Assembly: GCF_009914755.1 (NCBI RefSeq)
Contig: NC_060932.1
DNA: 64,000 nt
Source of the DNA: the human T2T-CHM13v2.0 reference genome, Homo sapiens
Reading direction: 5' to 3' (one strand)
This document shows, in pieces, positions 1-13,691 of the stretch (its first letter is position 1; each line of letters starts with the position of its first letter). The notes below the pieces were generated by a model. The model made no database searches. It saw only the letters and a program-made list of their open reading frames with translations, and had not been told where the DNA came from. Position numbers and translations under genes: made by a program.

Positions 1-338
1 CAATAGGACTTCTGCAGGCTGAGGGGCAAGGACTGCCAGTTCCAAAAACTGAAGGACTTGGAGTTTGATGTTTGAAGGCAGGAAGCATCTAGCACTGCAG
101 AATGATGTAGACTGGGAGGCTAGGCCAGTCTCTCTTTTCACATTTTCCTGCCTGCTTATACTGTAGCCACACTGATAGCAGATTAGATTGTGCCCACCCA
201 GATTAAGGGTGGGTCTGCCTTTCCCAGCCCACAAGTCAAATGTTAATCTCCTTTGTCAACACCATCACAGACACACCCAGGATCCATACTTTGTATCCTT
301 CAATTCAATCAAGTATACACTCGGTATTAACCATCACA
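1..338 (-). mobile_element. MLT2A-like ERV-L LTR, cut by window edge
   Basis: Reverse complement starts TGTGATGGTTAATAC and contains GGGTGTGTCTGTGA and GGAGATTAACATTTGA, matching the MLT2 5' end. Confidence 0.85.
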
Positions 339-2294
339 GGGCCTCTGCAATATTTATATTTGACCAGGATTTCTCTTCTACTTCTTTGTCCAAATGATCA
401 ATCTCTGCTTCTGACCAGCTTCTCAGGGTATACAATTGCCTCTCAGCTGCTTGAGGTTCTCCACTGCGGTGCCCTCATCCATGTCCTATCCCTCATTAAA
501 ACGATCATATTACATAGAAAAGAACTTAGTGGGACCTAGGAATAAAGTTCAGCAGAACGTGAGTGGAGATAAATTCAGGAGAAGCCCTCATTAAGGCTAT
601 TTTATTAACCTTACTGGCTACTCCAGCATGCATCCTTTACAGAAAAGAACTATATTGAAAGACTATTATATACTTGTTTCTGGGATATATTATTTTTAGA
701 AGAAAGAGGGCACAAAACTCAGTAAAAAATATTTAAAAACATCTAATATATCTCCAGAAATAGCATAAATAAAGATGACAAAAAGTCAAAAATAAATACT
801 GTCACCAGCATACAATACACACGTATTATATGCTTGTAGGCATGTGCATATTGAGTTAAGAAACAAAAACATCTTTCACTAAATATCAACCCCATCTTCT
901 AACTATGTGACCTTGGAAAAAGAAACATCTCTCTTTTCTGAGCCTTGATATCCAATTAGAGTCAGTATTGCCTATTTTCCAGGCTGGGAGGAAGTTTTAA
1001 TGACAGCATGTATGTGGAAATAATTTTTGTACTTGTTAGTTCCTCCTGGCTATTTCATATACATCCTTTCTTTTTGTGTAAAATCATGACAGGGTGTAAG
1101 TTATTTAATTTTAAGTTGAATAAGGTAGTTTGTATATTATGAACAGTATACACAGCCTACCATTGTGCTGGACCACTATGTGTTAATAAATCAAAATCCC
1201 TCTCTTTAATGACAAGATATTTTCACATCTCACTCTCACATTCACTCATGTTCCAAACCAGGCAAACAGCCACAGTTGCTGGGTAGAATGAAGGACTCCT
1301 GGACACAGCTAGAGTAGGGAGAAGAAGAGAGTGACTGCAGGCATTAATGAGCAATTGTTATCTCCCAGAAACTTTTCTAATAACTTTATATTAAATCTCC
1401 ACAGAGACCTCATCAGACACTGTGTCAGTGACGTTCTAAAGGTAGTGAAGCTGGTGAGTGGTAGAGCCAGGCAGTATGGCATGTTACTACTCTACATACA
1501 GATCTGCTATTCACCAGCCCTGAGAGCTCTGCTTGCCTCCTGCATACACTCTCTAATTCATTTATGCATTCCCAAGGAGGGTTCCTATGTTTGGGAATTC
1601 ATTTACAAATAAAATATGACCTCCTCTCTCAAATAGGTCACAATCCATTTGGAACAGGATACAATTTCCTAATCTGTAAAATGGGGAAAAATACTCTGCC
1701 AATCTTACAATGCTGTTGTGGGAGCTGAATTTACATATATGAACGCATTTGTAGCTTTCAAATTACTCAACTAGCAGGAAGCATTACTGCTGTGGCTGAA
1801 ATTCTTGGGCCAAACATTGAGATCTGTGCATTTGTCATGGGAAAGGAAAACAATGTCTTTGCCAAAAGCCCAAAGGAGCTCAGAGCTTCCAAAACAAAAG
1901 AGGAGGTAGAGTCTGTCAATCAGCTCTTCTCAGTATAGGAATATGCCACACAGAATGCCAGTATTACATGGATTGGTAAACTCTGTGTGCTCTTTAATTA
2001 CTTTGGCAATTAGTAGGCAAAACTAACATTAGAAGTCGTTCCATTTTTCCTCCTTTTTATATTTTTCACTTCTTTCTTGCATTTTAAGTGCACCCTGCTG
2101 TTTCCAGACACCCCTGAGAGAAATACAGTTTCACTATATCTCAGAACTAGCACAGAGGTAGGAGGCCCTGCAGGCTGCATGAAAGACAAGGTGAGTCAGA
2201 GGCTGAAGAATAAGTCATAAAAGAGGAACACGTAAAGATACAGGGAAATAGATAAAATTAATATTATTTAAATGTATATGACTCCTTTTTAGAT

Positions 2295-2480
2295 ACCATT
2301 TATTGAGCATTCACTCAATAGCACAAAGCTATAACAATGACTATTATCTCAATTAATTTTCACAATATCCCTATGAGGTAAATATTGTTAAAACCTCTGG
2401 TTTTCTGGTGAGGAATCAAGTAAGAGAAGTAATGTGCCTAACTTGTGTAATATTTGTAGTTAGAAAATGATGAAGTGAAG
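2295..2480 (-). mobile_element. MIR fragment
   Basis: CCATTTATTGAGCA...CACAATATCCCTATGAGGTA...GGTGAGGAA, degenerate MIR core. Confidence 0.6.
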
Positions 2481-2620
2481 AACCATTTTTAGAGAACCTA
2501 GTTCCTTACATTACACCTTTTCTTAGCTTCATCATACAACAGTCAGAGAAGTTTGTTTTGTACCCGTCTTAAAGAAGGAAACCAGTCTCAGGGGCACCTG
2601 TGTCTCTCATGGTCACTGCA

Positions 2621-3067
2621 TGTGTTGGTTTGCTCAGACTGCATAACAAATGTCATAGACTAGGTGGCTTAAACAACCTAAATTTATTTCTACCAGTTGT
2701 TCTGGAGGCTGAGAAGTCTAAGATCCTGGGGCCAGCAAGGTAAATTTATTCTGAAATCTCTTTCCTTGGCTCATAGGTTGTCACTATCCTTCTGTATACT
2801 TAATGACCTCTTCTTTGTGTAGAGTGGGGAGAGAGAAAGCAAGATCTCTGATGTTTCTTATAAGGGCAATAATCCCATTATAAAGACCACACCTTCATGA
2901 TCTCATCTAATCCCAATCACCTCCCAAAGGCCCTGTCTCCAAGTACCATTTCACTGGGGGTTAGGGCTTCAAAATATAAATGTTGGAGGAACACAAACAT
3001 TCAGTCTATAATATTCTATCCCTAGCCTTCACAAAACTCATATACTTATCACATGAAAAATATATTC
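2621..3067 (-). mobile_element. MLT1 (MaLR) LTR plus short adjacent internal sequence
   Basis: GGTGGCTTAAACAAC...TCTGGAGGCTGAGAAGTCTAAGATC...CACCTCCCAAAGGCCC...AACATTCAGTCTATAA, then MLT1-int-like TTCTATCCCTAGCC. Confidence 0.75.
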
Positions 3068-3142
3068 AAAGTACTATGAATGAAAAATACTTTTGACTTT
3101 AGAGCTGATAATTGAAATCAGTTAAGACTTTTATAGCTGTTG

Positions 3143-3144
<2 letters not shown>

Positions 3145-3185
<41 letters not shown>
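3145..3185. repeat. (CA)n microsatellite, about 20 units
   Basis: Directly visible. Confidence 0.97.
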
Positions 3186-3187
<2 letters not shown>

Positions 3188-3189
3188 TA

Positions 3190-3618
3190 TAATAAGGAAT
3201 TAGCTCATATGATTATGAAGGCTGAGAAGTCTAAGATCTGTAGTCAGCAAAGCTTGGAGATCCAGGAGAGCCAGTGATATACTTCTAGTCTGAGTCTGCT
3301 GGCCAGATAACTAGGAGAGCCAATGGTGTAAATTCAACTTCAAGTTCAAATCCAAAAGCTGAAGCAAACTTGTTCCAGCTTGAAGACCATCAGGCAAAGA
3401 GATTGAACTGTTTCTTACTTAGCCTTATAGTCCATTCACATGTTCAGTGGATTATATGAGGCTAACTCACAGGGTAGAACATTCTGTTTTACTGAATCTG
3501 TTGACTGAAATGATAATTTCATCCAGCTACATCTTCACAGACATAAAAATAAATATTATTAAATAAATATCTAGCAATCCCATGGCCCAGCCAAGTTGGC
3601 ACATAAAATTAACCATCA
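3190..3618 (-). mobile_element. MLT2 (B/C/D-like) LTR
   Basis: TAAGGAATTAGCTCATATGATTATGAAGGCTGAGAAGTC at the start, GCCAAGTTGGCACATAAAATTAACCATCA at the end. Confidence 0.8.
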
Positions 3619-4021
3619 AACTACATTATTTGCAGACACCTAAGTCTGTAAGGTCCTAAATGGCTCCTACCACACTTTTTAGGAACCATAGCTATGTCAA
3701 GGCAAGAATAAAACTAGAATTATTTCCTGGCTGATTCTACTGCTTGCTGCTCTCTCAGCCATCTCCTTCTGTGAAGGGAAGCTTCACTTTGCTCAAGTCT
3801 GAATGGGAAGATGGGCCACTTATTGTGATTCAGTTCATCTCTCATAGGAACTTGACTGGGTGGCGTCTATTCTGGCCCATAGACTTTAAGAGGAATTCTA
3901 CTAGAAGCCTATGCAAAATATTTCCTTTGCAGATTAATAGAGAAGAGAGCCAAACAACAACAGCAACACAAAGTACCTTTACACTTTATTCCTGCCTTGG
4001 GAATGTTAATTAAATTAGTGA

Positions 4022-5240
<1,219 letters not shown>

Positions 5241-5335
5241 TCTAATCAAACACGAATGAACTATTTCCAGATTTTCCTTTACATAACTGAAGTTAAAATC
5301 TTTATTCCTACCATTGTAACTCTTGCTTCAGCTCC

Positions 5336-5372
<37 letters not shown>

Positions 5373-5417
5373 TACATATACACACACATGTATATGCATA
5401 TATATATGCATATATGC
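5336..5417. repeat. Compound (TA)n/(CA)n/TATG microsatellite
   Basis: Directly visible. Confidence 0.9.
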
Positions 5418-6089
5418 AGCCAAATACATCCTAAATGACACACAGGTACTATGGCACATCAATGATTGTAATTCACTCTGTTCTACTAATCACCTTCAAA
5501 TTTATGAGCTCCTCTCAACAATTTCTGACACAAATGTATTAATACTATTATTGTCTCACCACTTTCATCAATATTTTACAGAAGATTAATTTGAAGATAA
5601 TGCAGCTTACAGGAATTTATATGATTTCAAATTTTATCATTGCAGAGCAGATCTTGGAATTTTCCTGTTTAAATATTCTCCACCTGTGTATTAGACCTTA
5701 TGTCTTCTTTTTAAGATATTAGTCCATGATTACATGTACACCTCTAACACATCACCATTTTCTCAACCTCACAAGATGCTTCCTATTAGCCTAAAAATAT
5801 ATGCTATTCACCTGAGTTCACGTTCCCTTGAAAATAGGATCTGAAGTAAAGCAATTCTCTAATCCTTAGTGGATTTTTTTTTTGGTTACAGTTCCATGGA
5901 AAAGAGAAGGAGGTGAACAAAAGGAAGAAATGCAGAGAAAAATATGGAATAGAAATATGAGGGAAGATATTAGCAAACTGGCTACATCTTTTATGACAAA
6001 CTCAACTGATTACATCTTTTCCAAGAACATCTTCAGAGGTGCGCTATGAAGTATGCAGTCTCTGCAAATGGGCAGAATGTTTCTATGAA

Positions 6090-6366
6090 ATAGACCTAGA
6101 CCACCCTGAGGGCTAATGTCATAGTAAAGACTCAGATACTGTGTTTGCTGCTAGCAGACTGTGCATTTAGCAGTGACATCCACTAGGTCAGTCTTGGTGA
6201 GAAAAGCTATGTTAAGAGCTGCCATAAAACCTCCATCCTGGCCACCATGGCCACTCTGTCTGTGTGTCAATTGAACAAGACTTGAGTAGGGTAGAAGGGT
6301 GGCTGACTCATTGTTCTTCCTGCCCACCTCATTTTCCAGCCCCTCCATAGCAGCAGAAGCTCTCAA
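6090..6366 (-). mobile_element. ERV-L internal fragment, integrase zinc-finger region
   Basis: ORF 6151-6366 reads THRQSGHGGQDGG...LTKTDLVDVTAKCTVC, resembling recalled HERV-L WAHEQSGHGGRDGG...LTKADLATATAECPIC (HHCC motif). Confidence 0.8.
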
Positions 6367-7070
6367 GTGGTGTGTTTACAAACCTTGAGCTAGATACAGA
6401 GTGCCAATTGGTGTATTTACAATCCCTTAGCTAGACATAAAGGTTCTCCAAGTCCCCACCAGACTCAGGAGCCCAGCTGGCTTCACCCAGTGGATCCTAC
6501 ACTGAGGCCGCAGGTGGAGCTGCCTGCCAGTCCCGCGCCGTGCGCCCGCACTCCTCAGCCCTTGGGAGGTAGATGGGACTGGGCGCCGTGGAGCAGGGGG
6601 CGGCGCTCGTCGGGGAGGCTCGGGTCGCACAGGAGCCCATGGAGGTGGGGGGAGGCTCAGGCACGGCTGGGCTGCAGGTCCGGAGCCCTGCCCCGCGGGA
6701 AGGCAGCTAAGGACGGGCGAGAAATTAAGCACAGCAGCTGCTGGCCCAGGTGCTAAGCCCCTCACTGCCTGGGGCTGGCGGGGCCGGCAGGCCGCTCCGA
6801 GTGCGGGCCCGCCGAGCCTACGCCCACCCGGAACTCGCGCTGGCCCGGAAGCACCGCGCGCAGCCCCGGTTCCGGCCCGCGCCTCTCCCTCCACACCTCC
6901 CCACAAGCTGAGGGAGCCGGCTGCGGCCTTCGCCAGCCCAGAAAGGGGCTCCTACAGTGCAGTGGCGGGCTGAAGGGCTGCTCAAGCGCCGCCAAAGTGG
7001 GAGCCCAGGCAGAGGAGGCGCCCAGAGCGAGCGAGGGCTGTGAGGACTGCCAGCACGCTGTCACCTCTCA
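6367..7070 (-). mobile_element. LTR12C-like (ERV9) LTR, 5' part only; CpG-rich
   Basis: Reverse complement begins TGAGAGGTGACAGCGTGCTGGCAGTCCTCACAGCCCTCGCTCGC. The GC-rich block is followed by only about 2 AGCTAG/CCAAT repeat units before an abrupt end. Confidence 0.92.
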
Positions 7071-8100
7071 CTCATATAGATTGCCAATCTATTTGTGAAC
7101 CAGGTAGGCCTGAGTTCTTTTCTAATCTGTCAGCTGGTTGTATAGAAACCCCCACAAAGACAGAGGTTTCAGTGGAGAGAGAAGCGTCTGTGGAACCAAG
7201 AGAGGAAATGTGAGATTCTGAGCCATTTGTTTATGTGTTTAGTTGCGCCATATGTTTGTCCCTGGCTCTATCCTCAAGGTATGTGGCCACTGTAAAATAA
7301 TTGCTGTGCCTGCTCTAATTTATGACTTAGCAGATTTGACAATATGCAGTTCTAGGGCAGGTTCCAGTCAGATTGGAGCTACATTTTCCAAATTTCAGTC
7401 TGTGCTGATTCTTTTAAAAGAGATGCTAGTTATTTCTAGGAGAATGCATGGGCTTACCTCAGAAATCTGTGCAACTTCGTGTGACTTTCATGTCAGGACT
7501 TGCCAGAGATGCCATGTGGCATGCTTATTCACCTTGAAGATTTCTAGCTTCACCAGGTTTCTTGGTCAGTTTTCCCAAGTGTCAGAGGAGTTAATATGTG
7601 ATCATAAATGTGTAGCAGAACACATTCTTCTAGTGCTGGGCCCAAAATGCAACTGTCAAACCACTAAGTTACTTGGTAGAAGTATTACTAAATCTGATGT
7701 ATGCTGCCTCCGCATAGAAAGATGACCACGAATAGCTGTGCCCTATTTTATTGTTAGAAGGTATGAGATATACCATATTGCTCTTTATCTTAGGCTGTGC
7801 CGGCCAGCATGCTCCAGAAAAGTTCATTAGTGTGATACGATTCATAATCTTTGAGTGGTTTATCTTTCACCCTATGGTGCGTGTGTGTCTTACTGAAAGG
7901 GTCTAGGGTCTTTGACACTTTTTGATTAGTAGGTTCAATTGGCCTATTGCCTTCAATACACTGGACCAATTTTACATTTTGCATAAAGTCCCGGAGGACT
8001 GCATTATGATAGAGAACAAGAAATTTGACACGGTCCTGTGGCAAGACTGTTAAGGGGTACTGCTATCTTTGCTCTGAAAAGGCAAAGCATTTTTACTTTC
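7071..8100 (-). mobile_element. ERV-L internal fragment, decayed reverse transcriptase to RNase H start
   Basis: ORF 7790-8044 LPQD...LYHNAVLRDF..NVKLVQCIEG resembles ERV-L LPQG...LCHNLVRRDL..ITLVHYIDD. Minus strand 7153-7073 gives WGFLYNQLTD*KRTQA/WFTNRLAIY versus WGVPYDQLTEEEKTRAWFTDGSARY. Confidence 0.8.
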
Positions 8101-9668
8101 TCAACCAGTGGGGCTTGAGATCATTAGCTGTACAGTAAGTATGAGAAGCAGTGTTGATCTATTACAAAATGAAAGCACATTTAACCATGGAACTGCAATT
8201 AATGCTACTACTACTGGATTAATTTTTTAATATTCCATAAATACTTGTCAGGAACCATCTAATTTTATTATTAATCATTATAATTATTTTCAGAGTCTAG
8301 ATGAGGGAATTAAATGGGAAAATGACATCATTTATCTTTCCATTTTTTGAGGATGGTGCTAATCTTTTAAATTTCTCTTCTGATGTATTTTTGCTTCTGG
8401 TTTACTATATAGGGTGGGGGAGAGCTGTCTCAGGGATTACTTTCCGTATCCTACTATAATGGTCCTTACACTGAAGGTAAAGAAATAAATGATTATTCTG
8501 TCAGATGCTAAGTACCTCTATCTCAATATGTATTTGCATACTACAGAAATTAAGTACAGCGAATGTGTACAGAATAATTTAACTCACTGTAAAACAGTTA
8601 GGTAATAATACTCCCCAAATAGTTCATCTGAGCAGCAGTAAAGGTTTCATATTCTACCATAGTCAAAGTTCATCTCACAAATATTCTCTGAACTTCAGTG
8701 TTCTTTCACTTTCAACAAAAGAAGCCAAATAAGTTTTTGCATATGTTGTGCTTTCTGGATCTGAAGTAACCCTAGAATTGGAAATCTAAATGGAAGGCTT
8801 AGGCAGCAAAACTACTTGAGATGCCCCTTGTGGCACAGCTGGGTGGTATCTGTGTAATGTTAATCTGTATGGCCATTGGGCAAAGCAAGCAGCCAGGGTC
8901 CCCAGAGATAGGTAAGACTGAGGGTATCTGAGGCAGATTATAAATGGTATCTGATAATGTTGTTCTTCTATTATAAGATAATTTTCCTTATCTTGTCTTT
9001 ACCTCTGTCCCTCAGTTTGTCTTTTGCCTACCGAGTTCACAGAAAAACATTTTCAAAATGTATGTAAATGTGTTCTGTTTTCTGCTCTTTTGCTACTATA
9101 TCCTCTTAAATCTGTATCATTCACTCTTCAGACCACTCCACTGAAACAACTCAATTACCTTCACCTTTCTAAATACAATGACTATTGTAAATTCTAATCT
9201 AAGTTGACTTATCAACATCATTTGACACAGCTGATTACCCTTTGCTTGTTAAAATTCTTTTATCACTTGACTTCCAAGACACCATATTCATCTAGTTTTC
9301 AGTTCGGCATACTGGAAATTCCTTTATTTCTTTCAGGTGTTTATTTTGTTTAGCGTGAATTCTGAATTCTGGAGAGCCCTAAGGCATTATACCTTGAACA
9401 TTTAGTCTTCTATGAGTTTCATTTCTGTGATGATTTCACTGGTATCATACTTTTAAGAAACTAAATATATATATGGTGATTATCCCAAATTTCTATTTCC
9501 GTCCTTGAATTGACCACAGAACTGCCAATATCTTCAAATCTTCATTTAACAGACACTTAAAACTCAATATGTCCAAAACTAAATTCTAGATTCATTCTTT
9601 TCGAATATAGTATTCACCAACTCAATAAATGCAATTGAGTATTCTCAATTCTACCCATTTTCCCATGG

Positions 9669-10010
9669 TTTATTAATCTTCTTTCATGCTGTTGATAAAG
9701 ACATACCAGAGACTGGGAAGAAAAAGAGGTTTAATTGGACTTACAGTTCCACGTGGCTGGGGAGGCCTCAGAATCATGGCGGGAGGTGAAAGGCACTTCT
9801 TACATGGTGGCAGCAAGAGAAAATGAGGAAAAAGCAAAAGCAAAAACCCCCAATAAACCCATCAGATCTCATGAGACTTATTCACTATCACAAGAATAGC
9901 ACTGGAAAGACCAGCCCCCATGATTCAATTACCTCCCACTGGGTCCCTCCCACAGCACATGGGAATTCTGGGAGATACGATTTGGGTGGGGACACAGCCA
10001 AACCATATCA
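9669..10010 (-). mobile_element. THE1 solo LTR (THE1A-like)
   Basis: Ends GGGACACAGCCAAACCATATCA. 5-bp TSD CATGG at 9664-9668 and 10011-10015. Confidence 0.92.
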
Positions 10011-10151
10011 CATGGTCACTCAAATTACTACATCATTCAAATTGTCAATGTGTCTTCTTTTTCTTACATACCCTATGTTTAATGACTGTAACCATTTTTA
10101 CTCCTCACTATTTATTTCTAATCAACTCTACTGATATTATAAAGTCACCAT

Positions 10152-11318
10152 TGTATACCAAAAATGAAATTCCAAGTCTCCCACCCAATTGCATGAACCC
10201 CTTCTTGGCTAAGGGCATTCCTAAGTTAACCTGAAAAACTAGTTTAGCCATAATGGGAAATGGGGGTCAGACATGCCTCATACTCTCTTCCCTTTGGAGT
10301 TCAGGCACAGTTGACTAGCATTTAACATTAAAACAGAAACCTTAAGATTGACAAACTAGACTGTTTGTAGCAATAAGATACCAACATGACAGGTAGCAGG
10401 CCCTAGAAGAAATAAAAATATTTTACCCCAAAATATATTTTTTGACATCTTTTGAAATAATCGTGTAAAGTTGTTTCTTGTGGAAAAAAATCTACAATCT
10501 CTGGAGAATCCCCTTACATTTATAGGTATTTTTTAATGATGCAGAAGAGAATTAACTAAGAGTCTGGCAATTTTTTTTTTTTTGAGATGGAGTCTTGCTC
10601 TATTGCCCAGGCTGGAGTGCAGTGGCATGATCTCAGCTCACTGCAACCTCTGCCTCCTGGGTTCACACCATTCTCTTGCCTCAGCCTCCTGAGTAGCTGG
10701 GACTACAAGTGCATGCCACCACACCCAGCTAATTTTTGTATTTTAGTAGAGACAGGGCTTCACCATGTTGGTCAGGCTGGTCTCAAACTCCTGACCTCGT
10801 GATCCACCCGCCTTGGCCTCCCAAAGTTTTGGGATTATAGGCGTGAGCCACCACACCCAGCCACTTGCAGGTTTTTAAGTCTGATAAAAAACATTTACAT
10901 TATATTCCCTCAGAAGCCTGCTACCTGGATACTTCATCTGCATAATAAAAACCTTTATCTCCACAACCCCTTATCTTAACCCAGACACTCCCTTCTATTG
11001 ATTCTAGGTATTTAGTCATCTCTTTCAAGCAACTGACAATCAGATAAGTCTTTGAATCCACCTATGACCTGGAAGCTCTCCACCCCCAGCCACTCCCACC
11101 CTACTTTGAGTTGTGTTGCATTTCTGGACTGAACAAATGTACATGTATTCATTGATGTCTTAAGTCCTCCTAAAATGTATAAAACCAAGCTCTAGCCCAA
11201 CCACCTTGAGCGCACATTCTCAGGGTCATCTGACACTTTGTCACAGGCATGTCCTTAACCTTGGCAAAATAAACTTCTAAACTGATTGAGACCTGTCTCA
11301 GATACTTTTTGATTTACA
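10152..11318 (+). mobile_element. MER4-group ERV1 solo LTR containing an Alu
   Basis: TGTA...TACA termini, GGCAAAATAAACTTCTAAA polyA region, 4-bp TSD CCAT (10148-10151, 11319-11322). Confidence 0.85.
10571..10862 (-). mobile_element. Alu, AluS-like
   Basis: Full dimer with polyT on the left. Confidence 0.95.
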
Positions 11319-11793
11319 CCATCATATCTCTTCTAAATTATTGTAATACTTCCTAACTGGTCTCTATTTTTCCTCTCTTCCAGAATTTCCATGATCTATT
11401 ATTGACATAACATTCAAATAATTTTTTAAGGGGATTTTGTTGTTGGAAACCTACCACTGTATCTCTTTTTGTGCAAAGCAAAAGCTAAAGTTTTTAGAGG
11501 TTTCTAAAATGTCCTATATAATCTATCAAGCTTATTCATTATTTCTCTGGCCTCATTTTTACTACTCCTCATTCTGAGCCACTATGCCATTTTGTAATAT
11601 GTCAAGTGAATTAATACTTTCTCTAGATAGCTACGTAGTTTTCTTCCTCATCCTCTCCACACTTTTGCTGAAATGCCATCTCCTCAATGAGATGAAGCCT
11701 GATCATCTCCAATTGCAATCCTCCTTTTGCTGATACATATTATTTTTCTCCTGATTTATTTTTTCCCCATGTTATTAAAACATTTTAAGATAC

Positions 11794-12890
11794 TGTGATA
11801 ATTCATTTTATGTGTCAACTTGACTGGGCTGAAGGATACTGAGAACTAAGCTCTTATTTTTTTTATCTTGCCCAAATTCCTATCTAAGGGGTCTGGGGAG
11901 CCATGCCTTACAAACCATAAATTCTCATCAGATGGTTTTTATTTAACCCTATATAGCATGTCATACTTTCCAATATGACTCTGGCATAACATTATGTGAC
12001 AAAGAAGAAAGTCAAAATATTTTAGCCCAAAACATGTTTCTTTGCCATATTCTGACATGGTCCTGCAAAGCTGTCCTTTATGGGGGAAAACGTACATCTG
12101 TAAAGAATCTCCATTAACATAGCTAGATCTTTTTCTTCCAGGCCCCCCCAATCCTGAAAATATTAAGAGTCTAGTGCCTTTTAAAGGTGTAAAGAGGAAA
12201 TATTTTTCATCCATTGTCTCTAAGGGCAGCCACTATAAGGCTTCAAAAGAACCCTGGTCTCCACAGTCTTTTATCTTAATCTGAACATTTCCTTTCTATT
12301 GATCCCAGGACTTTAAACAAACACAGCCAATTGCCAATCAGAAAATGTTTAAATTTACCTATTGCCTGGAAGTCCCCCACTTTGAGTGGTCCTGCCTTTC
12401 TGAAGTGAACCAATGTATTTCTTAAATGTATTTCATTGATGTCTCATGCCTCCCTAAAATGTCTAAAACCAAGCTTCACCCTGATCACCTTGGGCACGTG
12501 TTCTCAGGACTTCCCGAGGGCTGTGTCAAGGGCCATGGTCACTCATCTTTGGCTCAGAATAAATCTCTTAAAATATTTTACAGAGTTTGACTCTTTTTGT
12601 CAACAATACCCAAATAGCTGGTAAAACATGATTTCTGGATATGTCTATGAGGGCATTTCAAATGAGATTAGTATTTGAATCAGTAGACTGAATAAAGTTT
12701 ATTCTCTCCAAAGTAAGTGGACACCATTCAATCCATTGAGGGCAAAGATAAAACAAACGTAGATGAAGGGCAAATTTGCTCTCTCTGCTTGAGATGGGGC
12801 ATTCATTTTCTCCTACCCTCGGCCGTCAATGCTCCTGGTTTTTTGGCCTTTAGACTCAGTTCTGTCCCTCTAGAGAACTGTAACTAATAC
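11794..12890 (+). mobile_element. MLT2 LTR split by a MER4-group LTR, with internal gap
   Basis: Starts TGTGATAATTCATTTTATGTGTCAACTTGACTGGGC, resumes at 12606, ends CTAGAGAACTGTAACTAATAC. Confidence 0.8.
11840..12605 (+). mobile_element. MER4-group ERV1 solo LTR (MER4E-like)
   Basis: TG...CA termini, GGCTCAGAATAAATCTCTT polyA region, 4-bp TSD ATAC (11836-11839, 12606-12609). Confidence 0.88.
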
Positions 12891-13355
12891 CTCAGGTATG
12901 GCTATTTTGTACTTAATAAATGTTTTTCTATATAAAAGTCACTTTACAAATGTTATTTTTCTGGCTATAGAACATCCCGTTGTGCACATGTACCATGGTA
13001 TTCTTAGATATATCATTGTTTCCAGTGTCTCTCTATTATAAATAATGTTATGATGAAGTTTTACATGTTTTTAGGTTTGCTGGAGTTTGGATTTACTACT
13101 GAGTCATATTTGGAGCATGCTGGAATCTTACAACTGAGATTACCGAGTCAGAAACTGTAAGTGTTTTTAAAACCTTTTTGACATCCTACATTAATTTTTG
13201 CAAAGCTGTTGCATATAGGCAATATAGATATGTTATTGTGCCACAACTTTTCCTTTCTCTAATTTTTAAAAATATACATCTGGGAAACTGGGCAAATCTG
13301 ATGACCCTTTGCCTGAATCCCTTAACACGTTTGACTTTTGACAAATTTTTAAAAT

Positions 13356-13500
13356 CTGGTTCTTAGGCCTTCAGACTCAGACTAAATTACAAGACAGGCT
13401 TTTCTGGTTTTCCAGCTTGCAGATGGCAGCTCATGAGGCTTCTTATGCTCCATAATTCTTCTAAGAAATCTCTGTCTCTTTGCCTCTCTCCATATATGTA
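13356..13500 (+). mobile_element. MLT2 internal LTR fragment
   Basis: CTGGTTCTTAGGCCTTCAGACTCAGACTAAATTAC...TCCAGCTTGCAGATGGCAG...CTCCATAAT. Confidence 0.75.
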
Positions 13501-13691
13501 TGCCTGACTTATTTTGGTGGTGGTTGTTTAGTCTTCTGTCTTCGTGTATATTAAATAAGGATGTAGCAATACATATCCAAGTATCATTTTTCTCATTTAA
13601 TCATTTTTGTTTCAGTGATTCATTACTTGTGTATTCATAGAAACAATAAGGTCATATGTTCTAAATTGTAACCATGTGCCTTATAGTAGAA

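Larger units (their letters stand above)
9110..11790 (+). mobile_element. L2 LINE, interrupted by THE1 and MER4-group LTRs
   Basis: CACTCCACTGAAAC (HSTET) and GACTTATCAACATCATTTGACACA (DLS..FDT) RT motifs. L2-like text resumes at 10011 and 11319. Confidence 0.75.

Noticed and set aside
6427-7064. Long GC-rich ORFs and a CpG-island-like block suggesting a gene promoter or first exon
   Set aside because: They lie wholly within LTR12C. High GC suppresses stop codons and there is no recognisable protein.
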